DNA of 20,000 nt from an uncultured virus (IMG/VR IMGVR_UViG_3300010885_008506) (IMGVR_UViG_3300010885_008506:51469-71468), one strand, 5' to 3'. Positions 8,797 to 17,309 are shown, numbered from the stretch's first letter. A program made the numbers and translations. The notes: a model not told the origin generated them from the letters alone.

Positions 8797-10938
8797 ATGG
8801 CCAAATTACTTACAACACTTAGCGGTAGAGTTAAAAAGGTAGCTGCAACGACTGCTGGCTATCCTCTAGCAGCGGACCCAACATGGATCAGTCTAAGAGA
8901 AGCTGAACCAAATTTAGGCGTACCTCCGGGCGTAAGTTATGTTTTGTCCAGTGATATAACTGGAACAAGATTTTGGACTCCAGCGATAGGCGATGTTGGC
9001 CCACAGGGCCCACAAGGCTTTACTGGATCAATAGGGTTTACCGGATCACGTGGACCACAAGGTCCACAAGGATTCACTGGTAGTAAAGGTCCACAAGGAT
9101 TCACTGGTAGTATTGGACCACAGGGTGTAGGATTCACTGGATCTCGCTCTACTGTAGAAGGATTTACTGGATCAATAGGATACACCGGATCTCGCTCTAC
9201 GGTAGAAGGATACACTGGATCAATAGGATTTGTTGGATCACGTGGTCCACAAGGCTTCACTGGTTCAGTTGGATTTGTTGGTAGTACTGGATCAGGTTTC
9301 ACTGGATCAATTGGCCCACAAGGCTTTACTGGTTCGATTGGTGCAGGCTTTACTGGCTCGCAGTCAACTACACTTGGTTACACTGGCTCAACAGGCCCAC
9401 AAGGCCCAGTTGGTTTTGTTGGAAGCTTGGGAACTGGTTTTACTGGATCTAGAGGCGCAGGCGCGCAAGGCCCGCAAGGTCCGTTGGGTTTTACTGGATC
9501 AATTGGTCCAACAGGACCACAAGGTTTTGCTGGATCGGTGGGCGGCACAGGTGGTTCAGGATACACGGGCAGTGCAAGTACAGTATCAGGTCCACAAGGC
9601 TACACTGGTAGTATTGGATATACCGGCAGCATCGGTGTACAAGGTCCACAAGGCTACACCGGTTCACGCGGCGCAGGGGCGCAGGGCCCGCAAGGATTCA
9701 ATGGCTCACAAGGTTTTGTTGGCAGTGTTGGTCCACAAGGACCACAAGGACCACAAGGTCCACAAGGACCAATTGGCTATACAGGATCGCGTGGTTTTGT
9801 TGGTTCAGTTGGTGCACAAGGTCCGCAAGGATACACTGGCAGCATTGGCTTTACCGGCTCAGTTGGGGCACAAGGACCACAGGGCTATGTTGGCTCAGCT
9901 GGTAATACAGGCTCACAAGGTGTTGATGGTGCACAAGGTCCACAAGGCTATACAGGTAGCACGGGCGCACAAGGTCCACAAGGATATGTTGGCAGCATTG
10001 GCGCACAAGGTCCACAAGGTCCACAGGGCTACACCGGCTCTAGGGGCGCAACTGGCGCACAAGGTCCACAAGGTCCAACTGGCTTTACCGGATCAGCGAG
10101 CATTGGATTCAGTGGAAGTGGTGTAGTTGGAGCACAAGGTCCACAGGGCTACACTGGTAGCCTTGGCTATGCTGGTAGTGTTGGATCAACAAATCCAAAT
10201 GCTGATTTATTAGATGGGTATGACAGCTCAGAATTTGCTTTACTTGCAAGAGTAGAAAACAAATTCTCAGGCGACCTAAGAGTGTACATTGGTACAAACG
10301 TTAATAATGGTAGAATATATTTTACCGAGACCCAGCAAACATATCTAGCATATAATAGTTCAGACTGGGTAGTTAAGAGAAATGGCGGTTTACTCGACGA
10401 TACTGTATGGGATTCTGGTAACGATGGTGCGGGTTCGGGCCTAAACGCAGACTTATTAGATAGTTACCAAGGCTCACATGTTCTGTCTCACGTAAATGCA
10501 ACTAATACAACAATTACAGGTAGTACATATTATCCTGTAGTAGTAAGCACTAGTGGATCAAATACATTTGCTCGTGTAGACACTACAAACTTTAGCATTC
10601 AAAGTGGTACACTATATGCTACAGACTTTGCTTCTACATCGGATGCAAGACTTAAGGATGTAGTTGGATACCTAGGTAGTTCACTAGATCGTGTTAAGAG
10701 TATTAGTGGTGTAAACTACTACTGGAACGAAGCAGCTAAGAATCAAGGTATACTTGACAAGAAGTTGCAAGTTGGTGTTTTAGCACAAGAAGTGCAAAAG
10801 ATACTACCAGAAGCGGTACACGAGCACGATGGTAGACTACATGTAGTGTACGATAAGTTGATTGCACTGTTAATTGAAGCTATAAAGGAACTTGACGCTA
10901 AGATAGAAAACAAAGGCTGCAACTGTAGCTGCAAATAA
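8797..10938 (+). CDS. Collagen-like tail fibre with C-terminal intramolecular chaperone (peptidase S74)
   Basis: About 400 aa of G-X-Y triplets (GPQ, GFT, GYT, GSx); fibre motifs NADLLDG and [18 protein letters not shown]. The S74 domain starts at 10639: SDARLKD...[15 protein letters not shown]...[15 protein letters not shown]. Confidence 0.9.
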   Translation: MAKLLTTLSGRVKKVAATTAGYPLAADPTWISLREAEPNLGVPPGVSYVLSSDITGTRFWTPAIGDVGPQGPQGFTGSIGFTGSRGPQGPQGFTGSKGPQGFTGSIGPQGVGFTGSRSTVEGFTGSIGYTGSRSTVEGYTGSIGFVGSRGPQGFTGSVGFVGSTGSGFTGSIGPQGFTGSIGAGFTGSQSTTLGYTGSTGPQGPVGFVGSLGTGFTGSRGAGAQGPQGPLGFTGSIGPTGPQGFAGSVGGTGGSGYTGSASTVSGPQGYTGSIGYTGSIGVQGPQGYTGSRGAGAQGPQGFNGSQGFVGSVGPQGPQGPQGPQGPIGYTGSRGFVGSVGAQGPQGYTGSIGFTGSVGAQGPQGYVGSAGNTGSQGVDGAQGPQGYTGSTGAQGPQGYVGSIGAQGPQGPQGYTGSRGATGAQGPQGPTGFTGSASIGFSGSGVVGAQGPQGYTGSLGYAGSVGSTNPNADLLDGYDSSEFALLARVENKFSGDLRVYIGTNVNNGRIYFTETQQTYLAYNSSDWVVKRNGGLLDDTVWDSGNDGAGSGLNADLLDSYQGSHVLSHVNATNTTITGSTYYPVVVSTSGSNTFARVDTTNFSIQSGTLYATDFASTSDARLKDVVGYLGSSLDRVKSISGVNYYWNEAAKNQGILDKKLQVGVLAQEVQKILPEAVHEHDGRLHVVYDKLIALLIEAIKELDAKIENKGCNCSCK
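8989..10188 (+). repeat. Collagen-like low-complexity coding repeat (GPQGPQG[F/Y]TGSx)
   Basis: Many ggtccacaagg / actggatca units, plus a near-exact 48-nt tandem duplication starting at 9139 and 9187 (GSRSTVEG[F/Y]TGSIG). Confidence 0.95.
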
Positions 10939-10968
10939 AATAAAGCCCCTTAATTGGGGCTTTACTTT
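10933..10968. terminator. Bidirectional intrinsic terminator between the convergent fibre gene and thyX
   Basis: TAAAGCCCC-ttaatt-GGGGCTTTA stem (10941-10964), followed by T-rich tracts on both strands. Confidence 0.85.
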
Positions 10969-11797
10969 ATCGCTTATTACGTGCTATCGCAGCACCCCAT
11001 TTTTCGTTAAACTCTCGCCATTCTCTTGCACCCATACTGTAGTATGTTGCATCATTGCGGAATATACCACTGATCAGATCATCTACAGCTCGTACTTCAC
11101 CTGCACTGAGTGTTACAGCATTAAATCTGTAATCTTCAAAAGCTTCGCATGCAATCGGCAAGCGGGACTTGACCATATTGTACATAGCAGTAGCATAGTC
11201 GCAAATCTCTTCCTGCGCATGATTATCCATACGCAAGCGAATGTAGTGAAAGAAATTGTGTAGGTCAATCTTCCAATACATTTCGGTATAGTTAGCAACA
11301 GGTAACACAATACGTGCCAGTTCCCGTGTAGTGTCTACATTGGGATCAATCATGTGTCGATATTCTCTGTGTGCCTTTTCAAACGTTGAGGACATGGCGT
11401 GTTGTACACTTTCCGCTTCAGCTACAGTATAAGTGCCATCTCGCCCTTGCTTGTTGACTAAACTTTGAGGTTTGATTTTATCTAACGGGGGTAAGTAAAA
11501 ATCATCGCTCATTACACTGTATCTGCCACTGTACTCGTTCACGCTAGCGGTACGATGACGTAGGTGCTGGCGTGCTATGAAGATTGGCATCTTGAGTGCA
11601 AATTTAAGTTCAACCATCTCAAACGGGGTGGTATGCCAATGGCGCATTAGATAGCGAATCAATCCTCGATCGTCGCTAATACTTTTAGTACCTTTGCCGT
11701 AACTAATACGGGCAGCATCTGCAATATCGTGATCACTGCCCATAAAGTCCATTAGTACAACACGCCCATGCTCGTGAACCTTAATCTCTTCAATCAT
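10967..11797 (-). CDS. thyX: FAD-dependent thymidylate synthase ThyX
   Basis: ThyX motif RQHLRHRTASVNEYSGRY, plus AARISY, HTTPFE, RELARIVLP and LRMDNHAQEEI. Confidence 0.97.
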   Translation of the reverse strand: MIEEIKVHEHGRVVLMDFMGSDHDIADAARISYGKGTKSISDDRGLIRYLMRHWHTTPFEMVELKFALKMPIFIARQHLRHRTASVNEYSGRYSVMSDDFYLPPLDKIKPQSLVNKQGRDGTYTVAEAESVQHAMSSTFEKAHREYRHMIDPNVDTTRELARIVLPVANYTEMYWKIDLHNFFHYIRLRMDNHAQEEICDYATAMYNMVKSRLPIACEAFEDYRFNAVTLSAGEVRAVDDLISGIFRNDATYYSMGAREWREFNEKWGAAIARNKR

Positions 11798-12134
11798 CCT
11801 TTGATCCTTTAAGCAAAATTCTAACGTGTTCGGATATGTCGGAATGAAGTTCGTCTAGATCAATAACAAACTCAACAGCAGATATATCACCTATCTCTTC
11901 ACAAACTCTCTCAATCAATGATTCAACATGTTCGTCATTATGATTCTTAAGTTCGTATAAATGTATCTTACCATTCTTAGCGTGGAAGCGAATATCATTT
12001 ACATATTCTAAAGGAACTTTTTCAATACTAATTTGACTGAGTGTTCGCTTCCACTGCTCTGCTGTTGAGCCTACAAACTTAACCCACCGTTGCAGTCTTG
12101 GGCGGCCTGCCCCGCTTTTTTTGGTCTTTGACAT
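11790..12134 (-). CDS. Hypothetical protein (114 aa)
   Basis: Fills the gap and overlaps the thyX start by 8 nt and the upstream gene by 56 nt. The start is uncertain because there is no clear SD. Confidence 0.7.
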   Translation of the reverse strand: MSKTKKSGAGRPRLQRWVKFVGSTAEQWKRTLSQISIEKVPLEYVNDIRFHAKNGKIHLYELKNHNDEHVESLIERVCEEIGDISAVEFVIDLDELHSDISEHVRILLKGSKDD

Positions 12135-12693
12135 CAGTTACAGTAGTTGTAGTTGCAGTACTTGCTGCAAGTTGACGCAGTCTAGCTGCTTCCCTTTCAT
12201 GGAACTCTGCTTGCATTAGCAATACATTATCGTTGGCAGCAGCTGGTACTACTGGTGTTGATACTATTGCTGCTAGTTCGTCTGAAACTAGATTTCCGTA
12301 GAAAGGCTTTGATAGCATGTCTGCGTCCACTTTTTTCACATCAGTCTTGTTTAGAAGAATCTGATTAACTTCGTTTAGTGGAACAGATGTAGAAACATTA
12401 GGGGTTAGCAACACATTTTTAGTGTTAACTTTCTTAATGAATCCTTTAGAATGCAATACGTTTAGGATGTTATTACCATCACTAAAGAATCTACGACCTA
12501 ATAGGTCTGCTAGATCAGCCGATTGCTGTCCTTCGTCGCTTTCAACTAGTTCCATGATTCGATCATGGTATGCTCTCGGAAGGTTTGCAGTTTCAGTAAC
12601 TAGACAGTTGTGTGTCTCGTTTGGTACAGTCTTAAACAGTACTACTACTTTCTGTCCTGAATTCATCTTCCCTACGTGTTTAACATTAGCCAT
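12079..12693 (-). CDS. Hypothetical phage protein with C-terminal AT-hook-like motif (KKRGRPPK)
   Basis: 204-aa ORF with SD AAGGGAG; globular N-terminal domain, low-complexity linker, RGRP tail. Confidence 0.8.
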   Translation of the reverse strand: MANVKHVGKMNSGQKVVVLFKTVPNETHNCLVTETANLPRAYHDRIMELVESDEGQQSADLADLLGRRFFSDGNNILNVLHSKGFIKKVNTKNVLLTPNVSTSVPLNEVNQILLNKTDVKKVDADMLSKPFYGNLVSDELAAIVSTPVVPAAANDNVLLMQAEFHEREAARLRQLAASTATTTTVTDVKDQKKRGRPPKTATVG

Positions 12694-12695
12694 AA

Positions 12696-12902
12696 TTAGG
12701 CTCCCTTAGTTTCTTCGGTTGGAGCAGGTTTAGGTTCTTTTGAATCTAAGAATGCTTCTACCTTTGCGTAAATCTCGCCAACGGCAACAAATTCCTTAGT
12801 TTGGAATGCTCCCCTTTTAGAGGCAACGTCAACGATAGCAAGAAGATTCCTGATATCGGCGATACTTAGTGTTGGCTCTGGTGCTGTTGCATTTTCTGTC
12901 AT
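12696..12902 (-). CDS. Small hypothetical phage protein (68 aa, MTENATAPEP...IVDVASKRGAF)
   Basis: Start moved from 12959 to the ATG at 12902, which has a strong SD (TAAGGAG). The longer version would begin at the edge of the ligase terminator and span the upstream hairpin. Confidence 0.8.
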   Translation of the reverse strand: MTENATAPEPTLSIADIRNLLAIVDVASKRGAFQTKEFVAVGEIYAKVEAFLDSKEPKPAPTEETKGA

Positions 12903-12917
12903 AATAAACTCCTTAAA

Positions 12918-12946
12918 GTTGCATGCTGAATATTTAAGCATGCAAC
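12918..12946 (-). promoter_or_regulatory. 10-bp perfect inverted repeat with a TAAATA late-type box in the loop
   Basis: Minus strand reads GTTGCATGCT-TAAATATTC-AGCATGCAAC, between the ligase terminator and the SD of the next gene. Confidence 0.6.
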
Positions 12947-12957
12947 AGTGGCCAGTC

Positions 12958-12982
12958 AAAAAAAAGCCCCGTTGCCGGGGCT
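12958..12982 (-). terminator. Rho-independent terminator after the DNA ligase gene
   Basis: Minus strand GCCCCG-GCAA-CGGGGC followed by T8; GNRA tetraloop. Confidence 0.93.
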
Positions 12983-12993
12983 AAGGTAAATCG

Positions 12994-14304
12994 TTAAATC
13001 TTTTCGCCTCGTAGGTTACGGAAGCGCACAAAGCGAGGGAAGCGTAGACTGTAACTGCCGTCCTGATTCTGTGTTACGGCATCGGCCATCACTTCAACCA
13101 GTTCGCCAGTAACGGAACTAGCATTAAGCCAAAAATCGTCACGCTGTTCATCGCTAAAGCCACTGCCTACGTTAACCTGGATAGTGCGTCCGTTATCCAC
13201 GCCTTCACATACCAAAGCACCCAAACGTCCTTCATTCTTACCCGTTCCTTCTTCTAATCCCGTAACTGCAAGATCCACAGTAATTACAGGTTTGACCTTT
13301 AGCCATGCATGCGATCGCTTAAGTTCATAGAGCGCGCCGGGGTCCTTGACCATAATGCCTTCATAACCACCTGTAATGGCACTTGCGTTGATCTCACGGA
13401 AACGCTGCTGCCCTGCATTGCTACTGAGATCAACCAACTCCTGTTCCACTACCCGCACGTTTGGCAGTGCAGATGATACTAAACTGTACCAAGTCATCAA
13501 CTGTTCGCTGCGATTGCTCTGTACTTGAATACCAGCATCCTCAACGAACTCGTTCAATGGAATGATGTCAAACAAGTATAGCACTGCATCGCTAGCAGCA
13601 ACATCAGTCTTACGATGTATCTGCTTCATGAGGTCTTGGAAGCTATTGCTCATTACCTCACCATCTAGTACCATTGGCTCTGTAAACTGCCCTGCAACCT
13701 TAGCAAGCTGACGCTTGATCCGTTCGAAGTTTACCAGTTCCTTGCCGCTGCGGCTGTACTGATCTACTCGACCATTGGGGTACACAATAGTGAGAACACG
13801 CACCCCATCCAACTTGACTTCGATAAACTTTTCGCCTGTCATCCGCTTGGGATGGTCAGTCCCATCGTGCGCCAACTGGCAAGTGAATACCGGTACCCGA
13901 AGATCCCCCCTGCCGGCATCTGCCAGCACGTCGTTGATAGTCTTTTCAGACGTACCACAACGCAAATCTTTAATAAGGATACGACGGTACCAATGGTTCC
14001 ATTCGTTGTTAGTAGCACAGTCCATTGCTGCCTTGATAGCATCACGAGCAGCATGACCAGTCAGTTCGCGCTGACTAAGTTGGAAAGCGAGGTCACGGAA
14101 TTCTTCCCAAGCAAGCCCCCGACCATTAACACCGCTACGCTCTGGCACTTGCTTAACACCAAAGGTAGTCAGTGCATCGTAGGTCAAACGCACGCCGTGG
14201 AAAAACTCTTCGCAACCTTCTGTCAGTGCGCGAGAGACAATAGCAATTTTGTCCTTGCGTCCTGACGTAGCCTGCAGATCCAATACAACCTGTTCTGGTT
14301 TCAT
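12994..14304 (-). CDS. lig: ATP-dependent DNA ligase
   Basis: Motif I EVKLDGVR, III LDGEV, IIIa LFDII, IV EGIMVK, V WLKVKP, OB-fold VGSGFSDEQR and VI LRFPRF; N-terminal DNA-binding domain (KDLRCG). Confidence 0.96.
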   Translation of the reverse strand: MKPEQVVLDLQATSGRKDKIAIVSRALTEGCEEFFHGVRLTYDALTTFGVKQVPERSGVNGRGLAWEEFRDLAFQLSQRELTGHAARDAIKAAMDCATNNEWNHWYRRILIKDLRCGTSEKTINDVLADAGRGDLRVPVFTCQLAHDGTDHPKRMTGEKFIEVKLDGVRVLTIVYPNGRVDQYSRSGKELVNFERIKRQLAKVAGQFTEPMVLDGEVMSNSFQDLMKQIHRKTDVAASDAVLYLFDIIPLNEFVEDAGIQVQSNRSEQLMTWYSLVSSALPNVRVVEQELVDLSSNAGQQRFREINASAITGGYEGIMVKDPGALYELKRSHAWLKVKPVITVDLAVTGLEEGTGKNEGRLGALVCEGVDNGRTIQVNVGSGFSDEQRDDFWLNASSVTGELVEVMADAVTQNQDGSYSLRFPRFVRFRNLRGEKI

Positions 14305-14696
14305 AGTGTGTAATCTACTCCCATATTAGCTAACTGTTGACGTGTTTCCGTAATCATTGCGTGTGGTACCTTAAAGGTAATCTTATTACTCTCGCTAAGG
14401 TCTTTGGCTTCCTTGAGCCCAATGTTAGTGCAGACACGAATCAATTTGATTAGTGCTACCTTGTGATTAGCAGGATAGTATTTGATATGACAGACACGTT
14501 TAAATTCGCTAGCACCAGTTATCATTGAGAAGAATATAGATGACCGCACATCTTCTCCCAGTGTAGCCGATACGCTATCCCAAATAACCATACCCTCTTC
14601 GCTACCGTAGATTTCAGTAACGGTAGCAATGAAGCTTAATGAGCTATCAACTAACTCATTCTTTTGATTAACAGTGAGCTCTTCCCAGCTAGTCAC
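14301..14696 (-). CDS. Protein with a ribosomal protein bL12 (L7/L12) C-terminal-like domain
   Basis: HKVALIKLIRVCTNIGLKEAKDLSES matches the bL12 CTD signature K(V/I).VIK.VR..TGLGLKEAKDLVE. GTG start with SD AAGGAG; its TGA overlaps the ligase ATG. Confidence 0.75.
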   Translation of the reverse strand: MTSWEELTVNQKNELVDSSLSFIATVTEIYGSEEGMVIWDSVSATLGEDVRSSIFFSMITGASEFKRVCHIKYYPANHKVALIKLIRVCTNIGLKEAKDLSESNKITFKVPHAMITETRQQLANMGVDYTL

Positions 14697-14705
14697 AGGA
14701 ACTCC

Positions 14706-15938
14706 TTAGTGCTTCTTCTCAATGGGATAGTAAGCATGGTTACCAAAGGGCGGAACAATGCTCTCGGTGCCATGGATGATGAACACGGTATCACAGTAGT
14801 CCGGCTTGCCCCATGCACCCCACGGATAACCGTCAGTGAACATGATGAACTTCTTAGGACGGATGTCATTCTCTTCCATCCAGTTCCAGTTAGCCATGAA
14901 CTCAGTACCACCACCGCCGTGAATCTCATACGAGTTGAGATCGTAACGATTGCACTCGTCATATTCCTGCGGATTGTACACCTGAGTATCAAAGCACCAT
15001 ATCTTCAATTTGAAGTCACGGAACTGATCCATGATGCCCTGGATTTCGCCGAGGAAGTCACGCACCATCTGTTCCGAGATGCTACCGCTGACGTCAATCG
15101 CAACACAGATGTCTACCGTCTCTTCGGGAAGCGAGCCGGGCAAGTAAATGCCGCTGCTCCAAGTCTTACGGTTGGGACGCTGCCAAGTGTAGTCTGCACG
15201 GATCAAGCTCTGGATCTGCTGACGCAGTAGTTCACGCCAGGAGATCTGCGGCTCCGTAAAGTCCTTGATCAGCTTCTTAACGAAGCCGGGAATGTTACCA
15301 GCACCAGCACTCTTAGCAGCAGCAAGCACTGCCTCGCGGAACTCGTCACGCAGTTCCTTAGCCAACTCCTTGCTAATAGTAGGAGCCTTACCGTTGCCGC
15401 CACCATCGCCGGATTCGCTGTCGCTCTTGCCCTTGCCTTCCTCGTCGCCTTCGCCGTCGCCAATCTCAAGATGGATGTCCAAGGTACTCTTACCCTTGTA
15501 CTTCTCTTCGTCCTTCTTGACGAGGTCATAGACCTCTTCGGTGAACATGCCGCGGAACTTGCGGTCATACAAGGGGGTGACCACCTTGATCAGTTCGCCA
15601 ACACCACCGTCAACCAACTCTTGGTTAATCACGTAGTCGCCAGCCACGTTCCACAACACTTTGTCGCGGTCGCCTAAACGACCAAAGTGGTCAAGAACGC
15701 AGTGGCCAATCTCGTGACCTACCAAGAACTGTGTTTCTTTGATGCTGAGTTTGTTCACAAAGTCACGGTTGATGAACAAGCTCTTGCCGTCGGTGGCAGC
15801 AGTGGGGCACCAGCCCTCATCGGTCACATCGCAAATCTTGAGTCGCGTTGCAAGGTTGCCCCAAAAGGGTTGATTCATCAGCAAGCCAACGCGGGCTGTG
15901 ATAATCTTCTTTTCAATTTCTGCGTAGCTCACTGTCAT
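14706..15938 (-). CDS. Putative metallopeptidase + VWA domain protein (DUF2201-like)
   Basis: TAATDG...HEIGH (HExxH)...WNVAGDYVIN, then an acidic Gly-rich linker, then a VWA domain with MIDAS DVSGS, GGGGTEF and FTDGY. Confidence 0.9.
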   Translation of the reverse strand: MTVSYAEIEKKIITARVGLLMNQPFWGNLATRLKICDVTDEGWCPTAATDGKSLFINRDFVNKLSIKETQFLVGHEIGHCVLDHFGRLGDRDKVLWNVAGDYVINQELVDGGVGELIKVVTPLYDRKFRGMFTEEVYDLVKKDEEKYKGKSTLDIHLEIGDGEGDEEGKGKSDSESGDGGGNGKAPTISKELAKELRDEFREAVLAAAKSAGAGNIPGFVKKLIKDFTEPQISWRELLRQQIQSLIRADYTWQRPNRKTWSSGIYLPGSLPEETVDICVAIDVSGSISEQMVRDFLGEIQGIMDQFRDFKLKIWCFDTQVYNPQEYDECNRYDLNSYEIHGGGGTEFMANWNWMEENDIRPKKFIMFTDGYPWGAWGKPDYCDTVFIIHGTESIVPPFGNHAYYPIEKKH

Positions 15939-15963
15939 TGCAATCTCCTTACCTTATGTTCGT

Positions 15964-15992
15964 ATTATACGAAAACGCTCAAAGAAATGCAA
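15964..15992 (-). promoter_or_regulatory. Sigma70-type early promoter for the VWA-bL12-ligase operon
   Basis: TTGCAT (15992-15987) - 17 bp - TATAAT (15969-15964); SD AAGGAG downstream. Confidence 0.85.
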
Positions 15993-16005
15993 CAACTAAA
16001 TTCTC

Positions 16006-16060
16006 AATAGAATCAATGACTTACGCAGCCTAGAAAAGCTAGTAAAATCAATGACTTACG
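16006..16060. repeat. Two direct copies of AATCAATGACTTACG (IHF-consensus boxes)
   Basis: Copies at 16011-16025 and 16046-16060; both match WATCAANNNNTTR. Confidence 0.85.
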
Positions 16061-16585
16061 CTAGAGTGCAGCGTACGGGATAGTGTTAGCTGATTCCATT
16101 TCCTGTTTGAGCTCAACCAAATCGTCAAATGTCAACCTGTTTGGGTCCAAACGCGGACTGTAAATAGCACTATTCTTTTCAGCTTCGATCATCTCGCAGC
16201 TCACAACCCAATTACGACCACCGTTTTGTTTCTGCAGCATGTCGTCTACATACTCGCCAACATACTGAGCAAGCCCTTCGCAACTGATTAAGGGGAAGGT
16301 CTGCAACTTGCAATGACCCTTAACAGTAAGCTCGCGGAACGTGGTTACCAGTGGATCGTCTGCTTGGAGGATTACCGTATGGTCAAACCAATCTTCCAGT
16401 TGACGCTTGATAGCCTTAAGGCCACCAAAATCCACAACAAAGCCCTGCTTGTCTAGATTGTCGCAACCAAATACAAACTTGAAGCTGCGGTCGTAACCAT
16501 GCAGCATGTAGCAATCGGTATCACTCTTCCAATTGCGATAGGCACATGGGCCAATCTCCTTAAAGAACTTGGTACTAGTATACAT
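16061..16585 (-). CDS. queD: 6-carboxytetrahydropterin synthase QueD / PTPS family
   Basis: CYMLHGY, GFVVDFGGLK, FDHT, SCEGLA and E.EKNSAIY motifs of the PTPS/QueD tunnel fold. Confidence 0.88.
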   Translation of the reverse strand: MYTSTKFFKEIGPCAYRNWKSDTDCYMLHGYDRSFKFVFGCDNLDKQGFVVDFGGLKAIKRQLEDWFDHTVILQADDPLVTTFRELTVKGHCKLQTFPLISCEGLAQYVGEYVDDMLQKQNGGRNWVVSCEMIEAEKNSAIYSPRLDPNRLTFDDLVELKQEMESANTIPYAAL

Positions 16586-16592
16586 AAAAATT

Positions 16593-16628
16593 CCTGATGT
16601 TTAGATATTGTACTTATACAGCATCAGG
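16593..16628 (-). promoter_or_regulatory. Hairpin covering the queD SD, with a TATAAGTA box in the loop
   Basis: Minus strand CCTGATG-N22-CATCAGG-aatttttATG. The 3' arm contains most of the AGGA SD, and the 5' arm contains the upstream stop codon. Confidence 0.5.
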
Positions 16629-17121
16629 CAGCAAAGCCTAACAATTTCATAGCATAGTAATCTCGCAAGCCAGACCACTGCGACGAGTAGATAGTAACGT
16701 ACACTGTATATTCACGAATGGTAGATTCCCACGGACTGGTGTTACCAAAGTACTTGCCAGCCCCCCGCCGCCAAGTACCCATCTTTACACCAGGGATAGC
16801 GTTAAAGAAGCCCTGCACAAAAGAGTCCATTTCGTGTACTAAACTATCTTCAGCAGACCCATAAACATATGCGCTCATTATAGCAGTAACATATCCCTCT
16901 TCCATAAAAAAAAGAGTAGAATCCTCGTCATCTTCGTTGAGACTACTATACTGTAGTCTCTCATCAAATTGAATGCGACTCATATACATGAAAGGAACGT
17001 TAGGGGCAAACAGGTGCTGCTTCTTGACCAGTACCGTAAAGACATCCTGAATTGGAATAATCTTTGGTTGGAGAGTCTCCAACAACTTAGTCAGCTTACG
17101 CTTGTTTGCCTGCTTGGTCAT
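16624..17121 (-). CDS. Hypothetical protein (165 aa)
   Basis: ATG overlaps the upstream TAA (TAATG); no recognisable motif. Confidence 0.7.
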   Translation of the reverse strand: MTKQANKRKLTKLLETLQPKIIPIQDVFTVLVKKQHLFAPNVPFMYMSRIQFDERLQYSSLNEDDEDSTLFFMEEGYVTAIMSAYVYGSAEDSLVHEMDSFVQGFFNAIPGVKMGTWRRGAGKYFGNTSPWESTIREYTVYVTIYSSQWSGLRDYYAMKLLGFAA

Positions 17122-17309
17122 TAGTGAATCAACTCGCTAGCCGGCACTTCCAGTACAGCAGGAATACTGGCAATGTTTTGATTGCTGCGCAGCACCTTGA
17201 ATACCGTGTCTGCACCTAGCTCTTCATCAATGAGAAGAGTGTCGCCGTCCCACCTTGCCAGAATTAGATTCTGTTCAAGGCACTTGAGAATAGTGTTACG
17301 ATAGCTCAT
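17121..17309 (-). CDS. Hypothetical protein (62 aa, MSYRNTILKC...)
   Basis: Start moved from 17381 to the ATG at 17309, preceded by SD AAGGGG just after the upstream stop. Confidence 0.7.
   Translation of the reverse strand: MSYRNTILKCLEQNLILARWDGDTLLIDEELGADTVFKVLRSNQNIASIPAVLEVPASELIH

Noticed and set aside
9230..10126. 298-aa alternative-frame ORF (HKVHK repeats) and antisense Pro/Cys-rich ORFs
   Set aside because: Shadow frames of the collagen repeat; stops are absent because of the repeated codons.
627..10938. Diversity-generating retroelement acting on the fibre genes
   Set aside because: No reverse transcriptase, and no TR/VR pair with adenine-specific mismatches was seen; repeat differences look like ordinary divergence.
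12115..12122. In-frame A AAA AAG slippery heptamer (dnaX-type) near the end of the 204-aa gene
   Set aside because: The overlapping 114-aa ORF is in the +1 frame. A -1 shift reaches TAG after about 14 codons, so no meaningful fusion results.
16586..16640. preQ1 riboswitch upstream of queD
   Set aside because: No preQ1-I stem/loop consensus or 3' A-rich tail on the coding strand.
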